Shown here piece after piece: positions 10,912 through 19,478 of a stretch of DNA of 44,838 nt. The position numbers and the translations under genes were made by a program. Source of the DNA: Thermoplasmata archaeon (lineage in GTDB: Archaea; Thermoplasmatota; Thermoplasmata; Lutacidiplasmatales; UBA184). The notes under the pieces are model-generated. The model ran no database searches, was not told the origin of the DNA, and was given only the letters and a program-made list of their open reading frames with translations. The first letter of the stretch is position 1. The number at the start of each line of letters is the position of its first letter. The DNA is taken from contig JAKAWP010000007.1 of NCBI GenBank assembly GCA_021816955.1, positions 1 to 44,838 on the forward strand, read 5' to 3'.

Positions 10912-11108
10912 GGGCTACCTTCACCGAGGGGGACCCAGCCCGGAGTAGACAGGAGGGGTCGAGCGAGGGGACTCCCGAGGCATCGGGCCCCGTCCTCCGT
11001 GCGCCGGCGTTGCCCGGTTGCCAAGGCACCGCTTCCCGCCGGGGTGCGCGTGGGGGAGATCGACGACGCGCTCGACCGGCGGCGGGCCGGCGCGCGCCGA
11101 CCGGCGCG

Positions 11109-11489
11109 TCAGCCGAGCCAATTCCAGAAATCGTCTCTCCAGAAGTCGACCGCTTCGTGCAGGTGGCGGAGCGCGACCGGCCGGAGGCCGTCTCGTTGCG
11201 CGGCTTCGAACCGGTCGCGCAGCTCGTCGACCGTTGACCGGGAGAGAGCCGAGAGCACGCGCTCCACGTGGCGTCGGAACCCGAGGTCGAGCGGGCGGTC
11301 CGGATGGCTCAGCAGCAGGCGGAAGTGATGGTCCGTGGCGCCGTCGACGCGGACGACCTGCCATCGCAGCGTTTCGCCGCGTTCCCGGCCGACCTCGAAG
11401 GCCGCCAGGTTGCCGAGGGCGAGGCCGACGAAATTCTCGTCGGAGAGCCCGGGAGCCAGATGAAGCCCGATCTCGAGGCCGCGGTGCAC
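11109..11489 (-). CDS. Hypothetical protein with Trp/Phe-rich C-terminus
   Basis: 126 aa, natural amphipathic composition, directly downstream of and co-oriented with the GNAT gene; ends DFWRDDFWNWLG. Confidence 0.65.
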   Translation of the reverse strand: MHRGLEIGLHLAPGLSDENFVGLALGNLAAFEVGRERGETLRWQVVRVDGATDHHFRLLLSHPDRPLDLGFRRHVERVLSALSRSTVDELRDRFEAAQRDGLRPVALRHLHEAVDFWRDDFWNWLG

Positions 11490-11538
11490 GCCATGGAAAG
11501 GCCCGGCGGAGAGAAGAGGTGATCGGCGGAGGCCCCGG

Positions 11539-12078
11539 TCACGGCAGGAGGAGTTCGAAGTAGCGGACGTCCTCGCGGTACAGCCGGCGGTGGAGGAGGC
11601 CCGCCGGCTGGAAGCCGAGGCCGGTGAGCAGCTTCGCGGCCGCCTCGAACTTGGCGAGCGGGTCGACCCAGATCGACGACGCGCCGTTGTGCTTCGCCCA
11701 CTCGATGCCGGTCGTCACGAGGGCTCGGCCGATCCCTTGCCGGCGCGCCTCGGGATCGACCGCGAGGCTGACAATATGGCAGCTGCCGTGCGCCATCTCA
11801 AGGCCGACCACGCCGACCGTTCTTCCGTCGCGGCGCGCGGCGAAGTACGTGACGCCCTCCATCTCGCTGGTGAACTCGAGCGGCGTCGGCTCGAGCGTCT
11901 TCAACAGTTCGGGCGGCAGCTCCGATCGGTGGGGATCCCACACGCGCTTGTAGAGCGCGCAGACGGACGGGATGTCGTGATGCGCGATCCGCTCGACGGC
12001 GAGAAGTCCGGTCCCCGGGGCCCCTTCGCGTTCCGCCGGGCGATGGTTCCCGCGTTCGGGTGTTGACTCTGTTCCCAC
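11539..12078 (-). CDS. GNAT-family N-acetyltransferase
   Basis: Acetyl-CoA motif A: LAVDPEARRQGIGRAL; AAKLLTGLGF. Confidence 0.88.
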   Translation of the reverse strand: MGTESTPERGNHRPAEREGAPGTGLLAVERIAHHDIPSVCALYKRVWDPHRSELPPELLKTLEPTPLEFTSEMEGVTYFAARRDGRTVGVVGLEMAHGSCHIVSLAVDPEARRQGIGRALVTTGIEWAKHNGASSIWVDPLAKFEAAAKLLTGLGFQPAGLLHRRLYREDVRYFELLLP

Positions 12079-12146
12079 GCTCGTGGCTCCCCTGAACGCG
12101 CGGAAGCGGCGAGCGCGTTCGGGCTCTTGAACCTTACCCCGACCGG

Positions 12147-12797
12147 TTACCGCACCCGGCCCGGGAGCGCGGCCCGACGCGGCGCGGGGCGGAGGCGATA
12201 CTCCATCCGACGCGCGACCTGGCGCGCCAGCGGCCGGCCGCCCAACCGCTCTACCAGGTGGAACGCGAGGTCGATGCCCGCCGAGATCCCGGCCGAGGTG
12301 AGCACCGACCCTTCATCGATCCAGCGGGCCCGGCGCACCGTGATCGTCCGATACCGGCGGAGTTCGGCGAGCGCGCGGGTGTGGGTCGTCGCCACCCGGC
12401 CCTCCAGAAGGCCCGCTTCGGCGAGGAGGAACGCCCCGGTGCAGACCGAGGCGAGGCGGGTCCCCCGGTCGTGCAGACGGCGCAGCCGCCGGAGGAGGCG
12501 GGCGTCGTGCATCGCTAGGCGGCGCCCCGGGCCGCCGGGGATCAGCACCAGATCGGGCGAGGGAAGGCGATAGAAGCTCGGCAGCCCGGCCCATCGGAGG
12601 CCGAACCGCGCCCGCACCGTGGATCGGCCGACGGTGACCGCCCGCACCTGAATCGCCTCGGGGCGGAGGAGCTGCGCCTGAGAGAGCACTTCGTACGGAC
12701 CAACCACGTCGAGTTCCTCGACCCCGTCAAACAGAAGGAGGAAGACCCGCGCGGGGCGACGCCTCGGTCGCGGACGGACGAGCCGGGGTGCCGCCAT
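12147..12797 (-). CDS. DJ-1/PfpI-family protein
   Basis: FDGVEELDVVGP, LIPGG, nucleophile elbow SVCTGA, ATTH, TSAGISAGID; ATG 12797, 14 nt after the asnS stop. Confidence 0.9.
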   Translation of the reverse strand: MAAPRLVRPRPRRRPARVFLLLFDGVEELDVVGPYEVLSQAQLLRPEAIQVRAVTVGRSTVRARFGLRWAGLPSFYRLPSPDLVLIPGGPGRRLAMHDARLLRRLRRLHDRGTRLASVCTGAFLLAEAGLLEGRVATTHTRALAELRRYRTITVRRARWIDEGSVLTSAGISAGIDLAFHLVERLGGRPLARQVARRMEYRLRPAPRRAALPGRVR

Positions 12798-12811
12798 CGT
12801 CGGACCCACCG

Positions 12812-14116
12812 CTACGGCGTGTGCCGGCTCGGCGTGCGGGGGAACGGCGTCGTGTCGCGGATGTGCTCCCGACGCGCGAACCAGCGGAGCAGGCGCTCGA
12901 TCCCGAGCCCGAAGCCGGCGTGGGGCACGCTGCCGTGCCGCCGAAGGTCGAGGTACCACTCGTACGAAGCGAGGTCGTTGCCGGTCTCCTGGATCCGCCG
13001 GGTGAGGCGGCCGAGATCGGTCTCGCGGCACGACCCCCCGACAACCTCCCCGAACCCCTCCCCCGCGAGGAGATCGACCGCCTCGACGGTCCGCGGGTCG
13101 CCCGGTGTCTCGAGCATGTAGAACGCCTTGAGCTCGCGCGGGTAGCGCGTGACGAACAGCGGCGACATCGACTCCACGGTGAGCGCGCGCTCCTCGACCG
13201 CGCCGAGGTCGGAACCCCAGTCGACGGCAAAGCCGCTTTTCTTGAGGCGTTCGATCGCGTCGGCGTAGCTCAGCCGGGGGAACGGCGCCCGGATCGCCTC
13301 CAGCTCCGCGGGCGGCCGACCGAGCGCTTCGAGCTCGCGCGGGCGGCGCGCCGCGAGCCCGTGGGCGAGGTGCTCCACCATCCGCTCGATGAACCGGATC
13401 AGCTCGTCGAGGTCGCACCAGGCGAGCTCGACTTCGAGGTGCAGGTACTCCGTGAGGTGGCGCGGGGTGCGGGACTTCTCCGCCCGGAACGACGGCGTGA
13501 GCGAATAGACCCGCTCGTGCGGCGCGAGGAGCGCTTCGAGGTAGAGCTGCGCCGTCTGCGAGAGATACCCCGGCCGGCCGAAGTAGTCGAGCTGGAACGC
13601 CTCGGCGCCCCCCTCGGCCGGGTTCCCGGTGAGCACGGGCGGGGTCATCTCGACGACGTCCTCCTGGTCGAGGAACTCCCGCGCGAGGCGCAACAGCTCC
13701 GCCTTCAACCGGAACGTGTCGACGAGCTCGCGGGAACGGATCGCAAGGTGGCGCTTGTCGAGACGGAACTCCTCGGTCTGCTCCGCGAAGATCGGGAACG
13801 GCTCGCCCGAATCGACCACGTCGATCCGGTCGGCCCGGATCTCCCGACCTTCAGGGGCCCTCGGGTCCCGGACGACCGTCCCTTCGACCACGACGCTGCC
13901 CTCGATCTGGACGTGCTCGACCGCCCGGAACGCCTCCTCGCCGAGCGCGTCCTTGCGCGCGGTCACCTGGATCGACCCGGACCGGTCCCGCAGCCGGAGA
14001 AAGACGATCCCGCCGGAGGAGCGCGAGCGGAGCACCCAGCCCCGGACGCGCACCCGCTCGCCGAATCGTTCGCCGACGAGGACGCCACCGATCGGCTCCG
14101 GAGCGAGAGGGCTCAT
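12812..14116 (-). CDS. asnS: Asparagine--tRNA ligase
   Basis: N-terminal OB fold (VRGWV..FLRLRD.SG), EGGA..F..DYF, YLSQTAQLYLE, motif 2 FRAEKSRTPRHLTEY, motif 3 HGSVPHAGFGLGIER; start overlaps the tfs stop (ATGA). Confidence 0.9.
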   Translation of the reverse strand: MSPLAPEPIGGVLVGERFGERVRVRGWVLRSRSSGGIVFLRLRDRSGSIQVTARKDALGEEAFRAVEHVQIEGSVVVEGTVVRDPRAPEGREIRADRIDVVDSGEPFPIFAEQTEEFRLDKRHLAIRSRELVDTFRLKAELLRLAREFLDQEDVVEMTPPVLTGNPAEGGAEAFQLDYFGRPGYLSQTAQLYLEALLAPHERVYSLTPSFRAEKSRTPRHLTEYLHLEVELAWCDLDELIRFIERMVEHLAHGLAARRPRELEALGRPPAELEAIRAPFPRLSYADAIERLKKSGFAVDWGSDLGAVEERALTVESMSPLFVTRYPRELKAFYMLETPGDPRTVEAVDLLAGEGFGEVVGGSCRETDLGRLTRRIQETGNDLASYEWYLDLRRHGSVPHAGFGLGIERLLRWFARREHIRDTTPFPRTPSRHTP

Positions 14117-14421
14117 TGGTACTCGCGCCACTTGTGCCCGCACTTCGTGCACTCGAAGATGCGCGTCTCGGGCTCGTCGGCGCCGCGGGTCTGGCGCAGG
14201 ACCCAGTACGCTTCCCCGTTCCCGCACTTCGGACACGTCTCGGCGGCCGTCGGCAGCGTGGAGCTCTTCCCGTCCACGACGGCGACCTCCCGCTGGGCGG
14301 GGTCCGACCGGCCGATCTCGCGGGCCGCCCCGAGGGGCACGGTGGCGCCGCACGCCGAGCACCGCCAGCGGCGGGCCGCGGTGTCCGGACGCATCAGGCG
14401 TTTGCACTTCGGGCAGAACAT
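14113..14421 (-). CDS. tfs: Transcription factor S (TFS / RpoM-like)
   Basis: MFCPKC...CSACG and CPKCG...QTRGADEPETRIFECTKCGHKWRE: two Zn ribbons with the acidic ADE hairpin. Confidence 0.95.
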   Translation of the reverse strand: MFCPKCKRLMRPDTAARRWRCSACGATVPLGAAREIGRSDPAQREVAVVDGKSSTLPTAAETCPKCGNGEAYWVLRQTRGADEPETRIFECTKCGHKWREYQ

Positions 14422-14499
14422 CGGTGCCGAACGAGCGGTCGCCGTGTATTTGAGGCTTGACGGGGCGAACCGCCCGACCGTCCGCCGCGGTCGGCCGGT

Positions 14500-15903
14500 C
14501 TAGGGGACCTGATCCGGTCGGGCCGCGCTCGACGGAGGCGCGTCGGGCGGCGCCACGCTGAGCGGCAGCGGCGACGGCTTCGCGCCGGGGGCGCGCAGCC
14601 GGCGCAGATGCTCGGTCCGGCGGTCGAGGTCCGGCTTCGTGCCGATGTCCGGTCGGACGTAATAGTCACCGTGCACGTGCGCCAGCGCCGCATCGACCCG
14701 GGCGCTCGCGGTGTGGATCGCGCTCGCCTCGCCGACGAGGGCGACGCCCCGGCTCGTGCCGAGCCGGACGCGACCCGGCCCGGCCGCGTCGACCGCGGCG
14801 TAATAGACGTGGACGCCCTCCGCCTCGATCGCCGGCTCGTCGACGGTGAGGACGCCGCCGGGGGTCGGCTTGCTCCCGTAGCCCGGCGGCACGAGGTACT
14901 TCACGACCGTGGCGCGGAGGCGGAATTCCACGAGGTTCGGGTCGACCCGGCCGGTCGCGACACCGGCGAGGAGTTCGTCGAAATCTCCCTCCTCGTACAG
15001 CGTGAGGACGTTCATCGCCTCCGGGTCGCCGAAGCGGGCGTTGTACTCGAGCAGCTTCGGGCCGTCGCGCGTGAGCATGAAGCCGCCGTACAGCACGCCC
15101 CGGTAGTCGAGCCCCTCCGCCCGGAGCGCCGCGTGGGTCTCGTTCAGGATCGCGACCGCGGCGTCCCGGTCCGCGGCCGGGAGGAACGGCAATAGATGAT
15201 CGCGCTGCGAGTACGACCCCATCCCGCCGGTGTTGCCGCCCCGGTCGCCTTCGAGCGCGCGCTTGTAGTCTTGCACCGCCGGCATCGGGTAGACGCCGCT
15301 GTCGGTGACGAACGCCATCAGGCTGAACTCCTCGCCGTCGAGGCGCTCCTCGAGCACCGCCCGGTCGCCCTGGACGAGGAGGCTCTTCGCGTACGCCGCG
15401 CCGTCCCGCGGGTCCGAAAAGTCGAGCCCTTGGACCCGGACGCCCTTGCCCCCCGTGAGGCCGCTCGGCTTCACGACGAACGGGACGGACAACTGCGCGA
15501 CCGCGGCATCGACCTCCTCGATCGTGGCCGGGGCGACGTAGCGGACCTGCCCAGCGACCCGGTGGCGGGCGAGGAACTCCCGGCAGAACTGCTTCGACGT
15601 TTCGAGGCGCGCGGCGGCCCGGGACGGGCCGACCGTCGGGATCTCCGCGGCCCGAAGGGCGTCGGAGACCCCGCTCGCGAGCGGCGCCTCGGGACCGATA
15701 ACGGCCAAGTCGACCGCGTGCTGCCGCGCCACGCCCACGACCGCCTCGGGGTCGGTCGGGTCGACACGGTGGGCGGCCGCCGCAAGTCGGTCGAGTCCGG
15801 GATTCGCGTTCATCGAGGCGACGATCACGGTCGCCTCCGACCGGGCGAGCGCTTGGGCCAAGGCATGCTCCCGGGCCCCGCCGCCGACCACGAGTGCCTT
15901 CAT
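14500..15903 (-). CDS. purD: Phosphoribosylamine--glycine ligase
   Basis: LVVGGGAREHAL, IGPEAPL, KPSGLTGGKGV, QDYKRA.EGD.G.NTGGMG, EYNARFGDPE. Confidence 0.96.
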   Translation of the reverse strand: MKALVVGGGAREHALAQALARSEATVIVASMNANPGLDRLAAAAHRVDPTDPEAVVGVARQHAVDLAVIGPEAPLASGVSDALRAAEIPTVGPSRAAARLETSKQFCREFLARHRVAGQVRYVAPATIEEVDAAVAQLSVPFVVKPSGLTGGKGVRVQGLDFSDPRDGAAYAKSLLVQGDRAVLEERLDGEEFSLMAFVTDSGVYPMPAVQDYKRALEGDRGGNTGGMGSYSQRDHLLPFLPAADRDAAVAILNETHAALRAEGLDYRGVLYGGFMLTRDGPKLLEYNARFGDPEAMNVLTLYEEGDFDELLAGVATGRVDPNLVEFRLRATVVKYLVPPGYGSKPTPGGVLTVDEPAIEAEGVHVYYAAVDAAGPGRVRLGTSRGVALVGEASAIHTASARVDAALAHVHGDYYVRPDIGTKPDLDRRTEHLRRLRAPGAKPSPLPLSVAPPDAPPSSAARPDQVP

Positions 15904-16213
15904 GAGCGACGCGCCGGGAAGGGCGAACGGCCGAGAGGTATAGCCGTGTCGGGACCGGGCCGTTCGGAATCGTGGGGAGCGGGCGGAGGCGGTTCGAGGC
16001 GCCGCCGGACGATCCGAAGTCGGGGGAACCCCCGACGAGCCAGCGGTCGACCGGTGGAGGACGAGGCGAAACCGCGGGTCCCGTCGGCTCGGAGACCGGG
16101 AGGCGAACGCGCGCGAGGCGGCGAGCCGCTCCCGGGCCGGAGGCGGGCCGGGGGGGCCGACGCGTCCGCCACGCTTATGAACCGAGCTTCGGTGCGCACC
16201 GTCCGGTCGACCG

Positions 16214-16501
16214 ATGGACGTCCGTACCGTAGAGAAGGGACACGACGTGCTCCGGCTCGAGCTGCCGAAGGGCGAGGAGACGCTGTTGATCCCGCTCGTC
16301 GAGGCGCTCCAGAAGGAGGAGCGGGTCGTGGAAGCCCGCTACTTCCTCGGGCACCCGTACCTCGACCGACCGACGCTCCTCCTGCGGACCAAGGGCGAAA
16401 AGCCCCAGCAGGTACTCAAGCGGGTCCTCAAGGACCTGGCCGACCTCTACGGCGACCTCTTGACCGACTTCGACAAGAAGGCGGACAAGATCCCGTCGTA
16501 G
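16214..16501 (+). CDS. rpoL: DNA-directed RNA polymerase subunit L (Rpo11)
   Basis: 95 aa; LRLEL..GEETLL..L...L.....V..ARY..GHP..D.P.L...T pattern; TATA-like CTTATGAA near 16174. Confidence 0.85.
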   Translation: MDVRTVEKGHDVLRLELPKGEETLLIPLVEALQKEERVVEARYFLGHPYLDRPTLLLRTKGEKPQQVLKRVLKDLADLYGDLLTDFDKKADKIPS

Positions 16502-16523
16502 GAACGGTGGTATCGGAGCCCCC

Positions 16524-17195
16524 ATGCTGAAGGAGTGCGGCCAGCATGGCTACTTTCGCGCCGACGTCTGCCCGAACTGCGGCGCCATGGGCAAAGTGCT
16601 GCTCAGCGACCGGGAGCTCGACCACCTCGGCCGGATCTTGACCGGGACGCTCCGCCACTTCCCCGACCGCTACGGCGTGGCGATGGACGCTCACGGCTGG
16701 GTCGACCTCAACGACCTCGCCCGGGCGATCGCGACCCGGCAGCGAGGGTATCCGTGGTTGCGCCCCCACCACCTCGCCGCCATCGCGGAAACGGACGGCA
16801 AGGGCCGCTACGAACTGCGCGACGACCGGATCCGCGCCACCTACGGCCACACGCTCGAGGTCGACCTCGACCTCCCGACGGACCGGATCCCCGAGACGTT
16901 GTACTACCCCGTCACCGCCGAGGAGGCCGAGCTCGTCCTGGAGACCGGGCTGAAACCGTCCGACCGCAAGAAGGTCCACCTTTCGAAGACCCCGGAGGAC
17001 GCCCGAGCCGCGGGCAGCGTCCGACGGCCGAATCCGGTGATCCTCGAGATCGACGCGAAGCGCGCGCAGGCGGCCGGCCACGTCATCCTCCGGGCCGGCC
17101 GGACGGTCTTCCTCATCGATGCCGTTCCCGCGGAGTTCCTCCGCCGATTCGATTCGGGCCCGGCCCCGTCGGCCCCCGGCTCCTCTGCGGAGTGA
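16524..17195 (+). CDS. kptA: RNA 2'-phosphotransferase (KptA/Tpt1) with N-terminal Zn ribbon
   Basis: C..HG.....CP.CG; LRHFP, MDAHGWV, KGRYE, IRATYGHT, GLKPSDRKKVHLS. Confidence 0.93.
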   Translation: MLKECGQHGYFRADVCPNCGAMGKVLLSDRELDHLGRILTGTLRHFPDRYGVAMDAHGWVDLNDLARAIATRQRGYPWLRPHHLAAIAETDGKGRYELRDDRIRATYGHTLEVDLDLPTDRIPETLYYPVTAEEAELVLETGLKPSDRKKVHLSKTPEDARAAGSVRRPNPVILEIDAKRAQAAGHVILRAGRTVFLIDAVPAEFLRRFDSGPAPSAPGSSAE

Positions 17196-17237
17196 CCGGA
17201 CGACGCGCCGTCGGCCCGAGAGACGGGCGCGCGCGGG

Positions 17238-17840
17238 TCAATCGAAGACGACGTTCGTGTTGTACGACGTGGCGACGTACGCCGTGACCACGAGCGACGT
17301 GCCCGCGGGGTACGGCGTGGAGAAGACGAAGAAGTAATCGTCGGTGTAGAGCGGGCTGAAGATGATCCGGCCCGAGGGGGCGGGAGCGATGGCGTACTGG
17401 TGGGCCGGGTCGCCGCCGTTCAAGAACGCCACGTACTCGCTCGAGTTGTAGACCGTCAATTCGAGCAGCAAGCCGGGCGGATTCATCACCGTGAAGTTGC
17501 CGAGGATGTAGTCTTCCCCGTCGATCTCCCCGCTCAGGACGGTGTAGTTGCCCGCTGGGATTCGCATCGTCCCCGATGTCGTGAGCGGGTCGGGCACGTT
17601 CGGCGGTCCGGCGAGCACCGTCGTGAGGAGCGTGTAGGTCAGCAACAGCGCCCCGACGACGACGACCAGGACGCGGCCGAAGTGCAGCGCCCGCACCCGG
17701 CGGCGCACCGACCGGCTCACGGTCGTCGCCGCCCCCGCGCGGATCGGGCCGTCGGCGCCGCAGATCGGGCAGGTAGCACTCTGGGGCGGAACGGCAACCC
17801 CGCAGAAGCGGCAGTTCCCCCAGCGTCCGTCCGCGACCAT
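17238..17840 (-). CDS. Hypothetical membrane protein: Zn ribbon, one TM helix, extracellular beta-rich domain
   Basis: CRFCG...CPICG, basic patch, hydrophobic VLVVVVGALLLTYTLL, then beta-rich segment with NxS/T sequons (NYT, NFT, NSS). Confidence 0.75.
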   Translation of the reverse strand: MVADGRWGNCRFCGVAVPPQSATCPICGADGPIRAGAATTVSRSVRRRVRALHFGRVLVVVVGALLLTYTLLTTVLAGPPNVPDPLTTSGTMRIPAGNYTVLSGEIDGEDYILGNFTVMNPPGLLLELTVYNSSEYVAFLNGGDPAHQYAIAPAPSGRIIFSPLYTDDYFFVFSTPYPAGTSLVVTAYVATSYNTNVVFD

Positions 17841-17966
17841 CAGCGCCTAGGGGGAAGGGGGGACTTTTCCCGTTTCGTACGAACTATCGCCTCCCCGCGC
17901 CCCGCCGGACCCGGGGCGGACGATGCCGGGGGAGGCGCTCCTCCCGAGCCGAAAGCAGGACCGGGG

Positions 17967-19451
17967 TCAGCCCGAGCGCTTCTTCGACCCGCCGAGGTGG
18001 ATCGTGACGTTCTTGATCCGGGTGTACGATTCGACGACGAAGCGGCCCTGTTCGACCCCGAGGCCGCTCTCCTTCACGCCGCCGAACGGGGTCTGCGGGA
18101 ACGTGATCGGCGCCTCGTTCACGGCGACCATGCCGGCCTCGAGCCGCCGAGCGACCCCGTGGGCCGTCGCCAGATCCCGGGTCCAGACCGAGGCGAACAG
18201 CCCGTAGCGGGTGTCGTTCGCCCGACGGACCGCTTCGTCGGGATCGGTGAACTCGAAGACGGCGAGGACAGGGCCGAAGATCTCCTCCCGTACCGCCTTC
18301 GACTCCGGCGGCGGGTCGACGACGACGGTCGGCAGGAGATAGTTCCCCGGGGCGAGGGCCGGCGCCGTGGGGCGGGTGCCGCCGACCATCACCTTCCCTC
18401 CGTCCGCGCGGGCCGCCTCGACGTAGCCGAGGACGGTCGCCAGATGCTCGCGCGTGACGAGCGGGCCCATCTCCGTGCCCTCGTCGACGCCCGGCCCGAG
18501 CCGCAGGGCCCGGGCGAGCGCCGCGACCTTCTCGAGCAGCGGCTCGCGCACGGAGGAATGGACGAAGAGACGGCTCGCCGCCCAGCACATCTGGCCGGCG
18601 TTGCCGAAGATGCCGTACACGATCCCCCGGGCCGCCCGCTCGAGGTCGGCGTCGGGAAAGACGATCGCGGGGCTCTTCCCGCCGAGCTCGAGCGTCATCG
18701 GGATCGACCGACGACCGGCGATCTCGGCGATCCGGGCGCCGACCGGACCGCTACCGGTGAACGAGACCGAGCGGCACCGAGGGTCGGCCACCAGCGCCTC
18801 CCCGACGGTTCGCCCGTCCCCGGGAACGACGTTCAGGACCCCGGCGTGGAGCCCGGCCTTCTGGCTGAGCCGGGCGAGGGCGATCGCCGTGAGCGGGGTC
18901 CACGTCGCCGGCTTCAGCACGACCGTGTTCCCCGCCGCCAAGGCCGGGGCGACGGAGCGCATCGCGAGCAGGAGCGGATAGTTCCACGGGGCAATGTGGA
19001 CCGTCACGCCGAGCGGCTCACGCACGGTGTAGTCGAACCGCGGCCCCGGCACCGGGATCGTCGCCCCTTCGATCTTGTCGGCGAGGCCGCTCACGTACTC
19101 GAGCGTGCGGACCACGTAGCCGATGTCGACGCGCGCTTCGCGGATCGGCTTGCCCATGTTGAGCGTCTCGAGCCGGGCGAACGCCTCCGCGTTCGCCGCG
19201 AGCTCGCGGGCCAGCGCCCGGAGCGCCCGGGCCCGCTGCGTCCCGTCGTCGTCCGCCCAGCCGGCGTTGTGGAACGCGCGCTCCGCGACCTCCATCGCGT
19301 GCCGAGCGTCCTCGGCGGTCGCCCGGGCCACGCGCGCGATCGGGGTGTTGGTCGCCGGATCGAGCACCTCGGTCTCCCGGTCGGCGCCGACGAACTGTTC
19401 CTCGCCGTCGAGGAACAAGCCGAAACGGGCGAGCGAAGATGTCGCGGCCAT
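17967..19451 (-). CDS. NAD(P)-dependent aldehyde dehydrogenase
   Basis: PWNYP, KPA..TPLT, FTGS, LELGGKSP, catalytic Cys in NAGQMC, EEIFGPV, PFGGVKESG; start ATG 19451. Confidence 0.95.
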   Translation of the reverse strand: MAATSSLARFGLFLDGEEQFVGADRETEVLDPATNTPIARVARATAEDARHAMEVAERAFHNAGWADDDGTQRARALRALARELAANAEAFARLETLNMGKPIREARVDIGYVVRTLEYVSGLADKIEGATIPVPGPRFDYTVREPLGVTVHIAPWNYPLLLAMRSVAPALAAGNTVVLKPATWTPLTAIALARLSQKAGLHAGVLNVVPGDGRTVGEALVADPRCRSVSFTGSGPVGARIAEIAGRRSIPMTLELGGKSPAIVFPDADLERAARGIVYGIFGNAGQMCWAASRLFVHSSVREPLLEKVAALARALRLGPGVDEGTEMGPLVTREHLATVLGYVEAARADGGKVMVGGTRPTAPALAPGNYLLPTVVVDPPPESKAVREEIFGPVLAVFEFTDPDEAVRRANDTRYGLFASVWTRDLATAHGVARRLEAGMVAVNEAPITFPQTPFGGVKESGLGVEQGRFVVESYTRIKNVTIHLGGSKKRSG

Positions 19452-19478
19452 CGACCGGCGTCGACACCGGCCGTCCAC

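Larger units (their letters stand above)
9732..10925 (+). mobile_element. IS110-family element, IS1111-type, bounded by 14-bp sub-terminal inverted repeats
   Basis: GGTGAAGGTAGCCC (9732-9745) and GGGCTACCTTCACC (10912-10925) are a perfect inverted pair around an IS110 transposase; short left end, longer 3' non-coding end. Confidence 0.85.
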
